Positions 34,040-46,179 of a stretch of DNA of 64,000 nt are shown here, one piece after another. The notes below the pieces were generated by a model that did no database searches, was not told the origin of the DNA, and was given only the letters and a program-made list of their open reading frames with translations. Position 1 is the first letter of the stretch. Every line of letters begins with the position of its first letter. Position numbers and translations under genes: made by a program. The stretch spans positions 802,652,001 to 802,716,000 of the forward strand of contig NW_027362764.1 in assembly GCF_046119375.1 (NCBI RefSeq), written 5' to 3'. Source of the DNA: Phyllobates terribilis. Its lineage: Eukaryota.

Positions 34040-35835
34040 TACCGAGGACCAGCTGACGGTACTGGAACCCGGATGGATAGCAGAAGGTACAAGAGCCAAT
34101 GGAACTACCGAGGACCAGCTGATGTTACTGGAACTCGGTTACTAAGCAGGAGGTACCTGTGCCAGAAAGCACTACCAAGGACCAGCAGACGTTGGTGGAA
34201 CTTGGATACCGAGAAGGAGGCACCTAATCCAAAGGCACTGCCGAGAACCAGCTGACGGTACTGGAACCCGGATGGGTAGCAGAAGGTACCCATGTAAAAA
34301 AAAAGTTCAAGGCCGCGAGCCGGCCGCAGTTACCAAAACCCACAGTCCTACAGAGGGTGCTTGTCCTATTGGCACTATGGAACCAGCCTTCATTGCCAGA
34401 TCCCGCAGCCCACATAGGAGTCACCTAAACTGCAGGCACCATAGAGTCGGCTAACCCGACCGCAACACGACAGGACAACGCATTGGAGGCAAAGTGACGT
34501 TGACACTACCCGGAAACAGCTGGCGTGCTGGAACCAGGCTGGGCAGGAGGGAGTACCCGTGCCAAAGACACTGCCGAGAACCAGCTGACGGTACTGGAAC
34601 CCGGATGGGTAGCAGAAGATACAAGAGCAAATGGAACTACCGAGGACCAGCTGACGGTACTGGAACCCGGATGGGTAGCAGAAGGTACAAGAGCCAATGG
34701 AACTACCGAGGACCAGCTGATGTTACTGGAACTCGGTTACTAAGCAGGAGGTACCTGTGCCAGAAAGCACTACCAAGGACCAGCAGACGTTGGTGGAACT
34801 TGGATACCGAGAAGGAGGCACCTAATCCAAAGGCACTGCCGAGAACCAGCTGACGGTACTGGAACCCGGATGGGTAGCAGAAGGTACCCATGTAAAAAAA
34901 AAGTTCAAGGCCGCGAGCCGGCCGCAGTTACCAAAACCCACAGTCCTACAGAGGGTGCTTGTCCTATTGGCACTATGGAACCAGCCTTCATTGCCAGATC
35001 CCGCAGCCCACATAGGAGTCACCTAAACTGCAGGCACCATAGAGTCGGCTAACCCGACCGCAACACGACAGGACAACGCATTGGAGGCAAAGTGACGTTG
35101 ACACTACCCGGAAACAGCTGGCGTGCTGGAACCAGGCTGGGCAGGAGGGAGTACCCGTGCCAAAGACACTGCCGAGAACCAGCTGACGGTACTGGAACCC
35201 GGATGGGTAGCAGAAGATACAAGAGCAAATGGAACTACCGAGGACCAGCTGACGGTACTGGAACCCGGATGGGTAGCAGAAGGTACAAGAGCCAATGGAA
35301 CTACCGAGGACCAGCTGATGTTACTGGAACTCGGTTACTAAGCAGGAGGTACCTGTGCCAGAAAGCACTACCAAGGACCAGCAGACGTTGGTGGAACTTG
35401 GATACCGAGAAGGAGGCACCTAATCCAAAGGCACTGCCGAGAACCAGCTGACGGTACTGGAACCCGGATGGGTAGCAGAAGGTACCCATGTAAAAAAAAA
35501 GTTCAAGGCCGCGAGCCGGCCGCAGTTACCAAAACCCACAGTCCTACAGAGGGTGCTTGTCCTATTGGCACTATGGAACCAGCCTTCATTGCCAGATCCC
35601 GCAGCCCACATAGGAGTCACCTAAACTGCAGGCACCATAGAGTCGGCTAACCCGACCGCAACACGACAGGACAACGCATTGGAGGCAAAGTGACGTTGAC
35701 ACTACCCGGAAACAGCTGGCGTGCTGGAACCAGGCTGGGCAGGAGGGAGTACCCGTGCCAAAGACACTGCCGAGAACCAGCTGACGGTACTGGAACCCGG
35801 ATGGGTAGCAGAAGGTACAAGAGCCAATGGAACTG
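34040..35835. repeat. 598-bp tandem repeat (~3 copies) built from ~60-bp subunits
   Basis: Identical ORFs at 34224, 34822, 35420 (period 598). Confidence 0.95.
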
Positions 35836-35849
35836 CCGAGAACCAGCTG

Positions 35850-38800
35850 GCGGTGCTGGAGCCCAGGGTAAATACTAAAAACAGAAGAGCCAGAGGTGTA
35901 TTTGGAGGAGGTTTTAAATCCGTACTACAGTGGATGTGGACAAAGCAGGAGAATTTGCCGGACACACAGCTGGGGATCAGCTGACGTTACTGAATCCCAA
36001 TAACACTGGAGCAAGCGTTGACTGTGCAGACGGCACTTCTGAGCAGCAACTAGCGGTATTGGAGCCCAGGGTAAATACTAAAAACGGAGGAGCCAGAGGT
36101 GTAATTGGAGCAAGTTTTAAATAAGTAGCACAGTGAATATGGACAGAGCAGGAGAAATTGCCGTGAACACAGCAGGGGAACAGCTGACGTTACCGAACCC
36201 CAATAACACCGCAGCAAGTGTTGACTGTGCAGACGGCACTTCTGAGCAGCAACTAGCGGTATTGGAGCCCAGGGTAAATACTAAAAACGGAGGAGCCAGA
36301 GGTGTAATTGGAGCAAGTTTTAAATAAGTAGCACAGTGAATATGGACAGAGCAGGAGAAATTGCCGTGAACACAGCAGGGGAACAGCTGACGTTACCGAA
36401 CCCCAATAACACCGCAGCAAGTGTTGACTGTGCAGACGGCACTTCCGAGCGCCAACTGGCGGTGCTGGAGCCCAGGGATAAGAATGAAAACAGAGGAGCC
36501 AGAGGTGTAATTCGAGCAACTTTAAAATCTGTAGTAGTGAGAATGTGGACAGAGCAGGAGACATTGCCGTCCGCACAGCAGGGGAACAGCTGACGTTACT
36601 GAACCCCAATAACACGGCAGCAAGTGTTGACTGTGCAGACAGCACTTCCGAGCGCCAACTGGCGGTGTTGGAGCCCAGGGTAAATACTAAAAACGGAGGA
36701 GCCAGAGGTGTAATTGGAGCAAGTTTTAAATAAGTAGCACAGTGAATATGGACAGAGCAGGAGAAATTGCCGTGAACACAGCAGGGGAACAGCTGACGTT
36801 ACTGAACCCCAATAACATGGTAGCAAGTGTTGACTGTGCAGACGGCACTTCCGAGCGCCAACTGGCGGTGCTGGAGCCCAGGGATAAGAATGAAAACAGA
36901 GGAGCCAGAGGTGTAATTCGAGCAACTTTAAAATCTGTAGTAGTGAGAATGTGGACAGAGCAGGAGAAATTGCCGTCCGCACAGCAGGGGAACAGCTGAC
37001 GTTACTGAACCCCAATAACACGGCAGCAAGTGTTGACTGTGCAGACACACTTCCGAGCGCCAACTGGCGGTGTTGGAGCCCAGGGTAAATACTAAAAACG
37101 GAGGAGCCAGAGGTGTAATTGGAGCAAGTTTTAAATAAGTAGCACAGTGAATATGGACAGAGCAGGAGAAATTGCCGTGAACACAGCAGGGGAACAGCTG
37201 ACGTTACTGAACCCCAATAACATGGTAGCAAGTGTTGACTGTGCAGACGGCACTTCCGAGCGCCAACTGGCGGTGCTGGAGCCCAGGGATAAGAATGAAA
37301 ACAGAGGAGCCAGAGGTGTAATTCGAGCAACTTTAAAATGTGTAGTACAGTGGATGTGGACAAAGCAGGAGAAATTGCCGTCCGCACAGCAGGAGAACAG
37401 CTGACGTTACTGAACCCCAATAACACGGCAGCAAGTGTTGACTGTGCAGACGGCACTTCCGAGCGCCAACTGGCGGTGCTGGAGCCCAGGGATAAGAATG
37501 AAAACAGAGGAGCCAGAGGTGTAATTCGAGCAACTTTAAAATGTGTAGTACAGTGGATGTGGACAAAGCAGGAGAAATTGCCGTCCGCACAGCAGGAGAA
37601 CAGCTGACGTTACTGAACCCCAATAACACGGCAGCAAGTGTTGACTGTGCAGACGGCACTTCCGTGCGCCAACTGGCGGTGTTGGAGCTCAGGGATAATA
37701 CTGAAAACAGAGGAGCCAGAGGTGTAATTGGAGCAACTTTAAAATCTGTAGTAGTGAGAATGTGGACAGAGCAGGAGAAATTGCCGTCCGCACAGCAGGG
37801 GAACAGCTGACGTTACTGAACCCCAATAACATGGTAGCAAGTGTTGACTGTGCAGACAGCACTTCCGAGCGCCAACTGGCGGTGCTGGAGCCCAGGGATA
37901 AGAATGAAAACAGAGGAGCCAGAGGAGTAATTGGAGCAACTTTAAAATGTGTAGTACAGTGGATGTGGACAAATCAGGAGAAATTGCCGTCCGCACAGCA
38001 GGAGAACAGCTGACGTTACTGAACCCCAATAACACGGCAGCAAGTGTTGACTGTGCAGACGGCACTTCCGAGCGCCAACTGGCGGTGCTGGAGCCCAGGG
38101 ATAAGAATGAAAACAGAGGAGCCAGAGGTGTAATTGGAGCAACTTTAAAATCTGTAGTAGTGAGAATGTGGACAGAGCAGGAGAAATTGCCGTCCGCACA
38201 GCAGGGGAACAGCTGACGTTACTGAACCCCAATAACATGGTAGCAAGTGTTGACTGTGCAGACAGCACTTCCGAGCGCCAACTGGCGGTGCTGGAGCCCA
38301 GGGATAAGAATGAAAACAGAGGAGCCAGAGGTGTAATTGGAGCAACTTTAAAATCTGTAGTAGTGAGAATGTGGACAGAGCAGGAGAAATTGCCGTCCGC
38401 ACAGCAGGGGAACAGCTGACGTTACTGAACCCCAATAACACGGCAGCAAGTGTTGACTGTGCAGACAGCACTTCCGAGCGCCAACTGGCGGTGTTAGAGC
38501 CCAGGGTAAATACTAAAAACGGAGGAGCCAGAGGTGTAATTGGAGCAAGTTTTAAATAAGTAGCACAGTGAATATGGACAGAGCAGGAGAAATTGCCGTG
38601 AACACAGCAGGGGAACAGCTGACGTTACTGAACCCCAATAACATGGTAGCAAGTGTTGACTGTGCAGACGGCACTTCCGAGCGCCAACTGGCGGTGCTGG
38701 AGCCCAGGGATAAGAATGAAAACAGAGGAGCCAGAGGTGTAATTCGAGCAACTTTAAAATGTGTAGTACAGTGGATGTGGACAAAGCAGGAGAAATTGCC

Positions 38801-39320
38801 GTCCGCACAGCAGGAGAACAGCTGACGTTACTGAACCCCAATAACACGGCAGCAAGTGTTGACTGTGCAGACGGCACTTCCGAGCGCCAACTGGCGGTGC
38901 TGGAGCCCAGGGATAAGAATGAAAACAGAGGAGCCAGAGGTGTAATTCGAGCAACTTTAAAATGTGTAGTAGTGAGAATGTGGACAGAGCAGGAGAAATT
39001 GCCGTCCGCACAGCAGGGGAACAGCTGACGTTACTGAACCCCAATAACATGGTAGCAAGTGTTGACTGTGCAGACAGCACTTCCGAGCGCCAACTGGCGG
39101 TGCTGGAGCCCAGGGATAAGAATGAAAACAGAGGAGCCAGAGGAGTAATTGGAGCAACTTTAAAATGTGTAGTACAGTGGATGTGGACAAATCAGGAGAA
39201 ATTGCCGTCCGCACAGCAGGAGAACAGCTGACGTTACTGAACCCCAATAACACGGCAGCAAGTGTTGACTGTGCAGACGGCACTTCCGAGCGCCAACTGG
39301 CGGTGTTGGAGCTCAGGGAT
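35850..39320. repeat. 203-bp tandem array (~17 units, 3 sequence variants)
   Basis: GGAGCCCAGGG recurs every 203 bp from ~35857 to ~39308. Confidence 0.95.
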
Positions 39321-39384
39321 TACAGTTCAGGTGGTAGAAACATGAACAGAACAGGAGACCTGGATACTGTTGCCAACCAATTAT

Positions 39385-42300
39385 TTATTCTGGAAGAGGA
39401 CTGGCAAATTCATGAGAGATCCAGGCCTTGTTCATTTTGAGAAAAGTAAGCCGGTCAACGTTATCGGAGGATAGTCGCATGCGACGGTCTGTTAGTACAC
39501 CACCTGCGGCACTAAAGACGCGTTCCGATAATACACTAGCAGCAGGGCAAGCTAGCACCTCCAGTGCATACTGACTAAGCTCTGGCCATGTATCCAGCTT
39601 ACAGACCCAAAACTTGAAGGGAGAAGAGCCGTCTGGGAGTACACTAAGAGGGCAAGACATGTAGTCTGTCACCATCTGACGGAAACGTTGCCTCCTGCTG
39701 ACTGGAGCTGTCTGTGATGGTGTAGACATTTGTGGCGGCGGGGACACAAAACTTTGCCACATTTCGGCCATACTGGTCTTGCCTTGTGCTGAGGTGCTGC
39801 TTCTGCTCCCTCTTTGTGCAGAGCTTCCTCCACTGCCTCGACGCACTGAGCTGCTTTGTAAAGCACTAGCAGCACTGCTCTCGGTTGGAATGGAGAACAT
39901 GATGGAATGCACCAGTGCGTCTTGGTACTCCCGCATTTTACGCTCCCGGTTCAATGGTGTTATGAGGCTTTGTAAGTTGTCCCGGTAGCGAGGATCTAGG
40001 AGGGTGGACACCCAATAATCAGCCGTGTTGAGAATGTGGGCGATGCGGCGGTCGTTTCTGAGGCACTGCAGCATGAAATCAACCATGTGCTGCAGACTGC
40101 CAACTGGCCAAGAAACGCTGTCCCCTGCTTGAGGCGTGATCTCTGCCTGCTCTGCATCACCCCACCCTCGCTCTAGATACTGACTACTAGAGCATTGTGT
40201 ACCTCCCTCCTCTGGACAGATGTCTTCCTCATCCATTGACTCCTCCTCATCCTCCTCACAAAGTGTCCCCTGCCTAGGCCTTTGTGAGGAACCACGTTGC
40301 GCAGACTGTAGAGAAGCAGATGGCATTTGTGACTCCTCATCCTCCACCTCTTCCAAAACCTCGTCCCTTAGTGCTTGCAGTGTTTTTTCAAGCAGGCAGA
40401 TAAGGGGGATAGTCATGCTGACTAGTGCATCATCTGCACTCGCCATCCGCGTGGAATAATCGAAGGCACGCAAAACGTGGCAAATGTCCTTCATAGAGGC
40501 CCACTCAGTGGTGGTGAAGTGTGAACGGCGCGCACTGCGACTTGTTTGCGCCTGCTGCAGCTGGTACTCCATTACTGCTGCCTGCTGCTCACACAACCTC
40601 TCCAACATATGTAACGTTGAATTCCACCTGGTGGGTAGGTCACATATGATGCGATGTTCCGGAAGACATAATCGGCGCTGCAGAGCTGCAATGTGTGATC
40701 TTGCATTGCTGGAACGCCGCAAGTGAGCGCACTCTATGCGGACCTTGTGAAGCAGTGCATCAAGATCCGGATAGTCCCTCAAAAAACTCTGCACGACCAA
40801 GTTGAGCACATGTGCCAGACATGGGATGTGAGTGAGGTTGCCTAGGCCCAGAGCTGCCACCAGATTTCGGCCATTGTCACACACTACCATGCCTGGCTGG
40901 AGATTCGCTGGCACAAACCACACGTCACTCTGCTGCTTGATGGCATTCCAGAGCTCCTGCGCTGTGTGGCTTCGATTCCCCAAAGAAATTAATTTTAATA
41001 CGGCCTGTTGACGTTTGGCCACGGCTGTGCTCATATCGGTCATCATAACAGGTAACCGTTCACGGGTCGATGTGGAGGTAGACCGTGACGGCTCCTGCAG
41101 CGCTGATTCAGAGGAACTGGAGTATGAGGAGGAGTCAATGTGTACAGACTGGATTCCTGCAATCCTTGGAGTTGGCAGAACACGTACAGCGCCACTCTCA
41201 AGATCTGTACCCGGCTCCACAACATTTACCCAATGGGCAGTGAGGGAAAGGTATCGTCCCTGTCCATGCTTACTGGTCCACGCATCAGTGGTCAGGTGGA
41301 CCTTGCTACTGACGGCGTTTTGTAGCGCATGTTTAATTTTTCCCTCCACATGATGTTGCAGGGCAGGGACGGCTTGCCTGCTGAAATAAAAGCGGCTGGG
41401 CACGTTGTATTGTGGGACTGCCAATGCCATAAAGTTACGGAATGTGTCAGTCTCCACCAGCCTGAATGATAGCATTTCAAGGGCCAGTAGTTTAGCAATG
41501 CCAGCATTCAGAGCCTGTGCTCGGGGGTGGTTTGCCGAGTATGGGCGCCTTTTCTCCCATGCCTGTGCTAACGATGGCTGTAGACTGGCCTGGGAGTGTG
41601 AGGATGACTGGGAAAGTGGTGCTGTGGGTGGAATTACACTGTGTCTCTGTACAACAGTGCCAGAGATTCTTCCATGGCGATCCTGTGAGGAAGCCGAACC
41701 AGCTGTGTGTGAGCTGGAGGAAGAGGCTACAACACGAGCTGAAGAGGTGGTAGGTGGCGCTGTAGGTTGGCCTAGGTCTTCAGTGTGTTTGTGTAACTCC
41801 ACCACGTGCTTGGTCCGCACATGTTTCCACATATTTGTGGTATTGAGGTTGCTGACACTTTTCCCTCTTTTCACCTTCTGATTACACAGCTTGCATTTGA
41901 CAAAGCAAATGTCATCTGCAACTGTGTCAAAAAAGGACCAGGCACTGCAAGTCTTGGGAGCGCCCGCTTTGGATTTTGGAAGAGCCATGCTCCTAATGGG
42001 TGCCGAAGTGGAGGCTACAGGCAACCAAGTCTGCCCCCTCCCTCTCCCTCCTTTTTGGGCCGTTCGGGGAATCTCTTCCTCAGAGCTGCTCCCACCACCT
42101 TCCTGTCCCTCACGCCATGATGGGTCAAGGACCTCATCATCTACACCACCCTCTTCAAACAACTGCTTCTCCTGGGTAGTCTCGACAGCACAGTACGCAC
42201 CAGAAAGTGGCACCTGAGTCTCATCATCAGATGCGTACTGAGGTGTGCTGCTGACCATAGGCACTGGCCCACCCGCCTCTTCAGATTCAGAGAGACAAAA

Positions 42301-42777
42301 CGGTTGCGCATCACTGCATACTACCTCTTCTTCAAATTCTCGAATTCTGCTTGGCTGGCCCCCTCTTTCCAAGCCAAGAGATTCAGAGAACAGAAGTAGA
42401 GATGGCTCCTGTCCAGGGCTCTCTGACTGCCTGGGCAATTTGGCAGGTGGTGAAGAGACAGATGGGTGCTCTTCAGTGCTCAGGACCTGAGAGGATCTGG
42501 AACTAATTGAAGTCGATGCGTTAGCTGCCATCCATCCGACAACGGCTTCAATTTGGTCCTCGCGCAGCAGTGGGGTACGGCTAGCTCCTACAAAGCTGCG
42601 CATAAAGGACTGTTCCCTGGTAAAACTGGGGGATGCTGAGTCACTGGTGCCCGCAGCAGGCACAGAATCCCCACGTCCTCTCCCTGCAGGCACAGAATCC
42701 TCACGTCCTCTCCCTGTAGAAACTCCACGCCCACGCCCACGACCACGACCACATGCCTTACTCCCTGCCTTCTTCAT
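39385..42777 (-). CDS. hAT transposase, intact, 1130 aa
   Basis: BED finger (WSFF..CKLC..WKHVRTKH), HLTTDAW, VCDNGRN, CLAHVLNL, TRWNST, SVLSERVFS (DDE, CxxH and dimerisation domain). Confidence 0.95.
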   Translation of the reverse strand: MKKAGSKACGRGRGRGRGVSTGRGREDSVPAGRGRGDSVPAAGTSDSASPSFTREQSFMRSFVGASRTPLLREDQIEAVVGWMAANASTSISSRSSQVLSTEEHPSVSSPPAKLPRQSESPGQEPSLLLFSESLGLERGGQPSRIREFEEEVVCSDAQPFCLSESEEAGGPVPMVSSTPQYASDDETQVPLSGAYCAVETTQEKQLFEEGGVDDEVLDPSWREGQEGGGSSSEEEIPRTAQKGGRGRGQTWLPVASTSAPIRSMALPKSKAGAPKTCSAWSFFDTVADDICFVKCKLCNQKVKRGKSVSNLNTTNMWKHVRTKHVVELHKHTEDLGQPTAPPTTSSARVVASSSSSHTAGSASSQDRHGRISGTVVQRHSVIPPTAPLSQSSSHSQASLQPSLAQAWEKRRPYSANHPRAQALNAGIAKLLALEMLSFRLVETDTFRNFMALAVPQYNVPSRFYFSRQAVPALQHHVEGKIKHALQNAVSSKVHLTTDAWTSKHGQGRYLSLTAHWVNVVEPGTDLESGAVRVLPTPRIAGIQSVHIDSSSYSSSSESALQEPSRSTSTSTRERLPVMMTDMSTAVAKRQQAVLKLISLGNRSHTAQELWNAIKQQSDVWFVPANLQPGMVVCDNGRNLVAALGLGNLTHIPCLAHVLNLVVQSFLRDYPDLDALLHKVRIECAHLRRSSNARSHIAALQRRLCLPEHRIICDLPTRWNSTLHMLERLCEQQAAVMEYQLQQAQTSRSARRSHFTTTEWASMKDICHVLRAFDYSTRMASADDALVSMTIPLICLLEKTLQALRDEVLEEVEDEESQMPSASLQSAQRGSSQRPRQGTLCEEDEEESMDEEDICPEEGGTQCSSSQYLERGWGDAEQAEITPQAGDSVSWPVGSLQHMVDFMLQCLRNDRRIAHILNTADYWVSTLLDPRYRDNLQSLITPLNRERKMREYQDALVHSIMFSIPTESSAASALQSSSVRRGSGGSSAQRGSRSSTSAQGKTSMAEMWQSFVSPPPQMSTPSQTAPVSRRQRFRQMVTDYMSCPLSVLPDGSSPFKFWVCKLDTWPELSQYALEVLACPAASVLSERVFSAAGGVLTDRRMRLSSDNVDRLTFLKMNKAWISHEFASPLPE

Positions 42778-43133
42778 CTTGGTAGACTGATAAAGATAGG
42801 CAGAAAAGTACTAAGGGCTTAGTGTGCTTATTCCTGAACAGCTGCTAACAGGTATAAGAAACACTAATTTTATAAAGTGTGGACTAGACTTTAATATGAG
42901 CTAATGTGGCCTACACAACTGTAAAGTGGAGTGTTTGGTGAACTTTATTTAGGTTTTTTTTGTCACAAAAAGACACTGGATGTGCCTAAAGATGTAATAA
43001 CGATAGTATCACAAACTTTTTGTAGCTATTACAATGTAGGAAGGTAACCTACAATGCAATAGATGAGGCTGCAAAAAATAGGCTAATACTAATCTGGCTG
43101 GGGCTGCAGGGCCCAATGCTGCAGAAAGGCTCC

Positions 43134-43665
43134 TCTATCTACTCCTATATAGTGTGTTTGGAATCAATTTAGCTGAATATGGATGGAACCACCACACTAA
43201 TAGGAGATATCAGGAAAAATTATGAATTGGCAATAAAGGACAATGTATGAGGCAGTGACACACACTGAGTGCACTACAACCAGACGGGGTTGAAGCACAC
43301 ACTACAGGGTGAGCTGCACTCACACACCAGACCTTGCAGACAGCGGTGAACAGTACAGATGCAGAGCACTGTGCACTAGTGCTGCAAGACGGAAAAAAAT
43401 TTCTCTATCTACTCCTATATAGTGTGTTTGGAACCAATTTAGCTGAATACAGATGGAACCACCACACTAATAGGAGATATCAGGAAAAATTATGAATTGG
43501 CAAAAAAGGACAATGTATGAGGCAGTGACACACACTGAGTGCACTACAACCAGACTTGGCTGAAGCACACACTACAGGGTGAGCTGCACTCACACACACA
43601 GACCTTGCAGATAGCGGTGAACAGCACAGGGAACTGTGCACTAGCACTGCAAGGCACAGTGATTT
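43134..43665. repeat. 270-bp direct duplication in the hAT 5' arm
   Basis: TCTATCTACTCCTATATAGTGTGTTTGG at 43134 and 43404. Confidence 0.85.
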
Positions 43666-43768
43666 AGAAAGTAGCTTGGGTAAAGCAGTATAGAGCAAAT
43701 AGGTAGCTAAAACTGTCCCTCAGAACAACAGCGTCCTATCCCTAACTGAATTCACAGCAGAGTGAGCT

Positions 43769-43823
43769 CAAAATGGCGGCGGTGGCTTTTATAGTGCATC
43801 ATGACATCATTTCAGCAGCCAAT
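43769..43823 (-). promoter_or_regulatory. Putative hAT transposase promoter
   Basis: Minus strand ATTGG (43819-43823), TATAAAA (43787-43793), YY1-like GCCGCCATTTTG (43769-43780). Splice acceptor TTTTCTGCCTATCTTTATCAG just upstream of the ATG. Confidence 0.65.
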
Positions 43824-44490
43824 CACAGCCATGCCATTAGTTAAGATGCCTACATGCCTAACAGGATGTGCCCACACTTCTTAGGATCCTCATTGGCTGA
43901 ATAAAATGAAAATGTCTCATTGCATTATGGGAACTTCCGATTCCGGTATACGATATTGCAATAGTATCGGAATTAAGTATCGGAATTCCGATACCGCGAA
44001 TATCGGCCGATACCCGATATTTCAGTATCGGAATGCTCAACACTAATAATTACACATCAGAACAAACAGTCGCACGATTCTGGTAAATCGTGAAAGAGCA
44101 GCAATATCAGCAGAGAAGGAATGATCTGAACTTACTCTGAAATTACACCTCATCCTTTAACCCCCTCCTGCAGTAGTTACATTTTTCCTTTTTCTATGTA
44201 TTTCATCACCTTCATCATCCAAGTGTTGTGATCAGCGGATCAGTAAGATTCCAGTTTAGCAGGAAATTTGATTTGTCTTTGTCCCTGGGAGGTCGTGACG
44301 ACAAGTCATGTGGGAAAAGTCCTGCAACAAAGGGCATCACCAGCCTCTCATGTGCAGCCCCTCCCCCGCAAGCCAGATCTTCCATCTGACTGGTAACTGA
44401 CTCTTAAGTTCTGCTTATATCTTTTGTACCACTACTGTTGTGTTTGCATCTCTGACCATTATGTATGACCCTTATGTATATAGTGTAATG

Positions 44491-44673
44491 CAGTGTTTCC
44501 CAAACTCCAGTCCTCACGGCCCCCACAGATCATGTTTTCAGGATCTCCTTAGTATTACACAGGTGAGAGAATTCCTGATGCCTTGATAGTATTTCCATCA
44601 CATGTGTAATACTAAGAAAATCCTGAAAACATGACCTGTGGGGGCCGGGAGGTCTGGAGTTTGGGAAACACTG
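44491..44673. mobile_element. hAT MITE, 183 bp, near-perfect palindrome
   Basis: TIR CAGTGTTTCCCAAAC; perfect 8-bp TSD GTGTAATG. Confidence 0.93.
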
Positions 44674-44934
44674 GTGTAATGTCTAGTGTGCCCATAAGGG
44701 GATTAAATATATAATTTAACCTTGAGCCGCTCTATTATCTCGATCCACGAACCCACATGTCTGTTGTTTGGCCTAATCCTCATGCTACCGTGGAGGGTTT
44801 CTGGCCCGATATAATTCCTGTTAACGGACCGGGGACTTATATCTAATAGAAACTGGTGGCAGCTCTACCAGGCCGACAAGGTTCTACTTCACTGGAGTTA
44901 GTGAAGGGGCCTCTCAGCCTTTCAGGGGTGTGAA

Positions 44935-45879
44935 CAGGGGCGGAATTAACCGCCCATGCAGCCCGTTCATTGAACGGGGGCCCCGAGGGAGAGGGGGCCC
45001 CTTCAGCCTCCGGCAGGGCCGCCATCAGGGCATGACTACCCTGACTCCAGTATGGGGCCCCTAAAGTCGGGGCCCCTTCGGAGCCCCATTAAGGCCCCCC
45101 TCTTGTGCGTCTCCTCATGGGGCCCCCGGCCCCATGTTGAGCGTTAAGCTCCGGGACATCTCAGCGCTGCTTTCCTCTGCGGCAGCACCTTCATGATTAC
45201 CCTGACTTCCGGTCATGTGACGGGGTGAGATGCATATGGGGGGGTGAGAGATGCACGGGGGGGTGAGATGCACATGGGGGGGTGTGAGATGCACGGGGGT
45301 GTGAGATGCACATGGGGGGTGAGAGATGCACATGGGCGGATGAGAGATGCACGGGGGGGGGATGAGAGATGCACATGGGCGGATGAGAGCTGCACGGGGG
45401 GGGATGAGAGATGCACAGGGGGGGATGAGAGCTGCACATGGGCGGATGAGAGCTGCACATGGGGGGATGAGAGATGCACGGGGGGGGGATGAGAGATGCA
45501 CATGGGGGGGTGAGAGATGCACATGGGAGGATGAGAGATGCACATGGGGGGGGATGAGAGGTGCACATGGGGGGGATGAGAGATGCACATGGGGGGGGTG
45601 AGAGATGCACATGGGGGGGGTGAGAGATGCACATGGGGGGATGAGAGATGCACATGGGCGGATGAGAGCTGCACATGGGCGGATGAGAGCTGCACATGGG
45701 GGGTGAGAGATGCACATGGGGGGGATGAGAGCTGCACATGGGGGGGATGAGAGATGCACATGGGGGGATGAGAGATGCACATGGGGGGGATGAGAGATGC
45801 ACATGCATTTTTTGCCCTATGAAGTGTGGGGGCAAAAATTTCTTGCACAGGGGCCCACTACAGTCTGTGTCCGCCCCTG
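44935..45879. mobile_element. hAT-type MITE containing a G-rich ~20-24 bp minisatellite (GATGAGAGATGCACATGGGGG)
   Basis: TIR CAGGGGCGGA/TCCGCCCCTG; TSD GGTGTGAA/GGTGTGAG (7/8). Minisatellite at ~45225-45805. Confidence 0.8.
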
Positions 45880-46179
45880 GGTGTGAGCGAGTGTGGTGCG
45901 ATGTCAATGACTGAGTGGGCCACGTGGTCTCACTCCTGGTGCCTTCCTGTATCCGTGTGGAAAGGGGGTGTCTGTATAGAATTGTACCAATCTGATCTTA
46001 CGCATCCTCGAGGGGGTGCGGAACGTCACATTGGTGCAAACGGCAGATTCATATCACATGTTCCATCTTACGTAACTGCGACGTCGGGTGGGTGGCGAGG
46101 TGTGGATCCTTCACAAGTGGTGGCAGCGGTGGGATTCTGCGGGATCTCTCTGCTGCCATTCTTCACAGGGTGCATTATA

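Larger units (their letters stand above)
32774..44045 (-). mobile_element. Full-length 11,272-bp hAT transposon
   Basis: 11-bp TIR TAGTGTTGAGC at both ends. Perfect 8-bp TSD ATAATTAC (32766-32773, 44046-44053). Subterminal CCGATA/ATCGG repeats. Confidence 0.97.

Noticed and set aside
35690-39440. Many 60-290 aa ORFs in the 203-bp array
   Set aside because: 203 is not a multiple of 3 and ORFs are short and repeat-periodic, with no coding signal.
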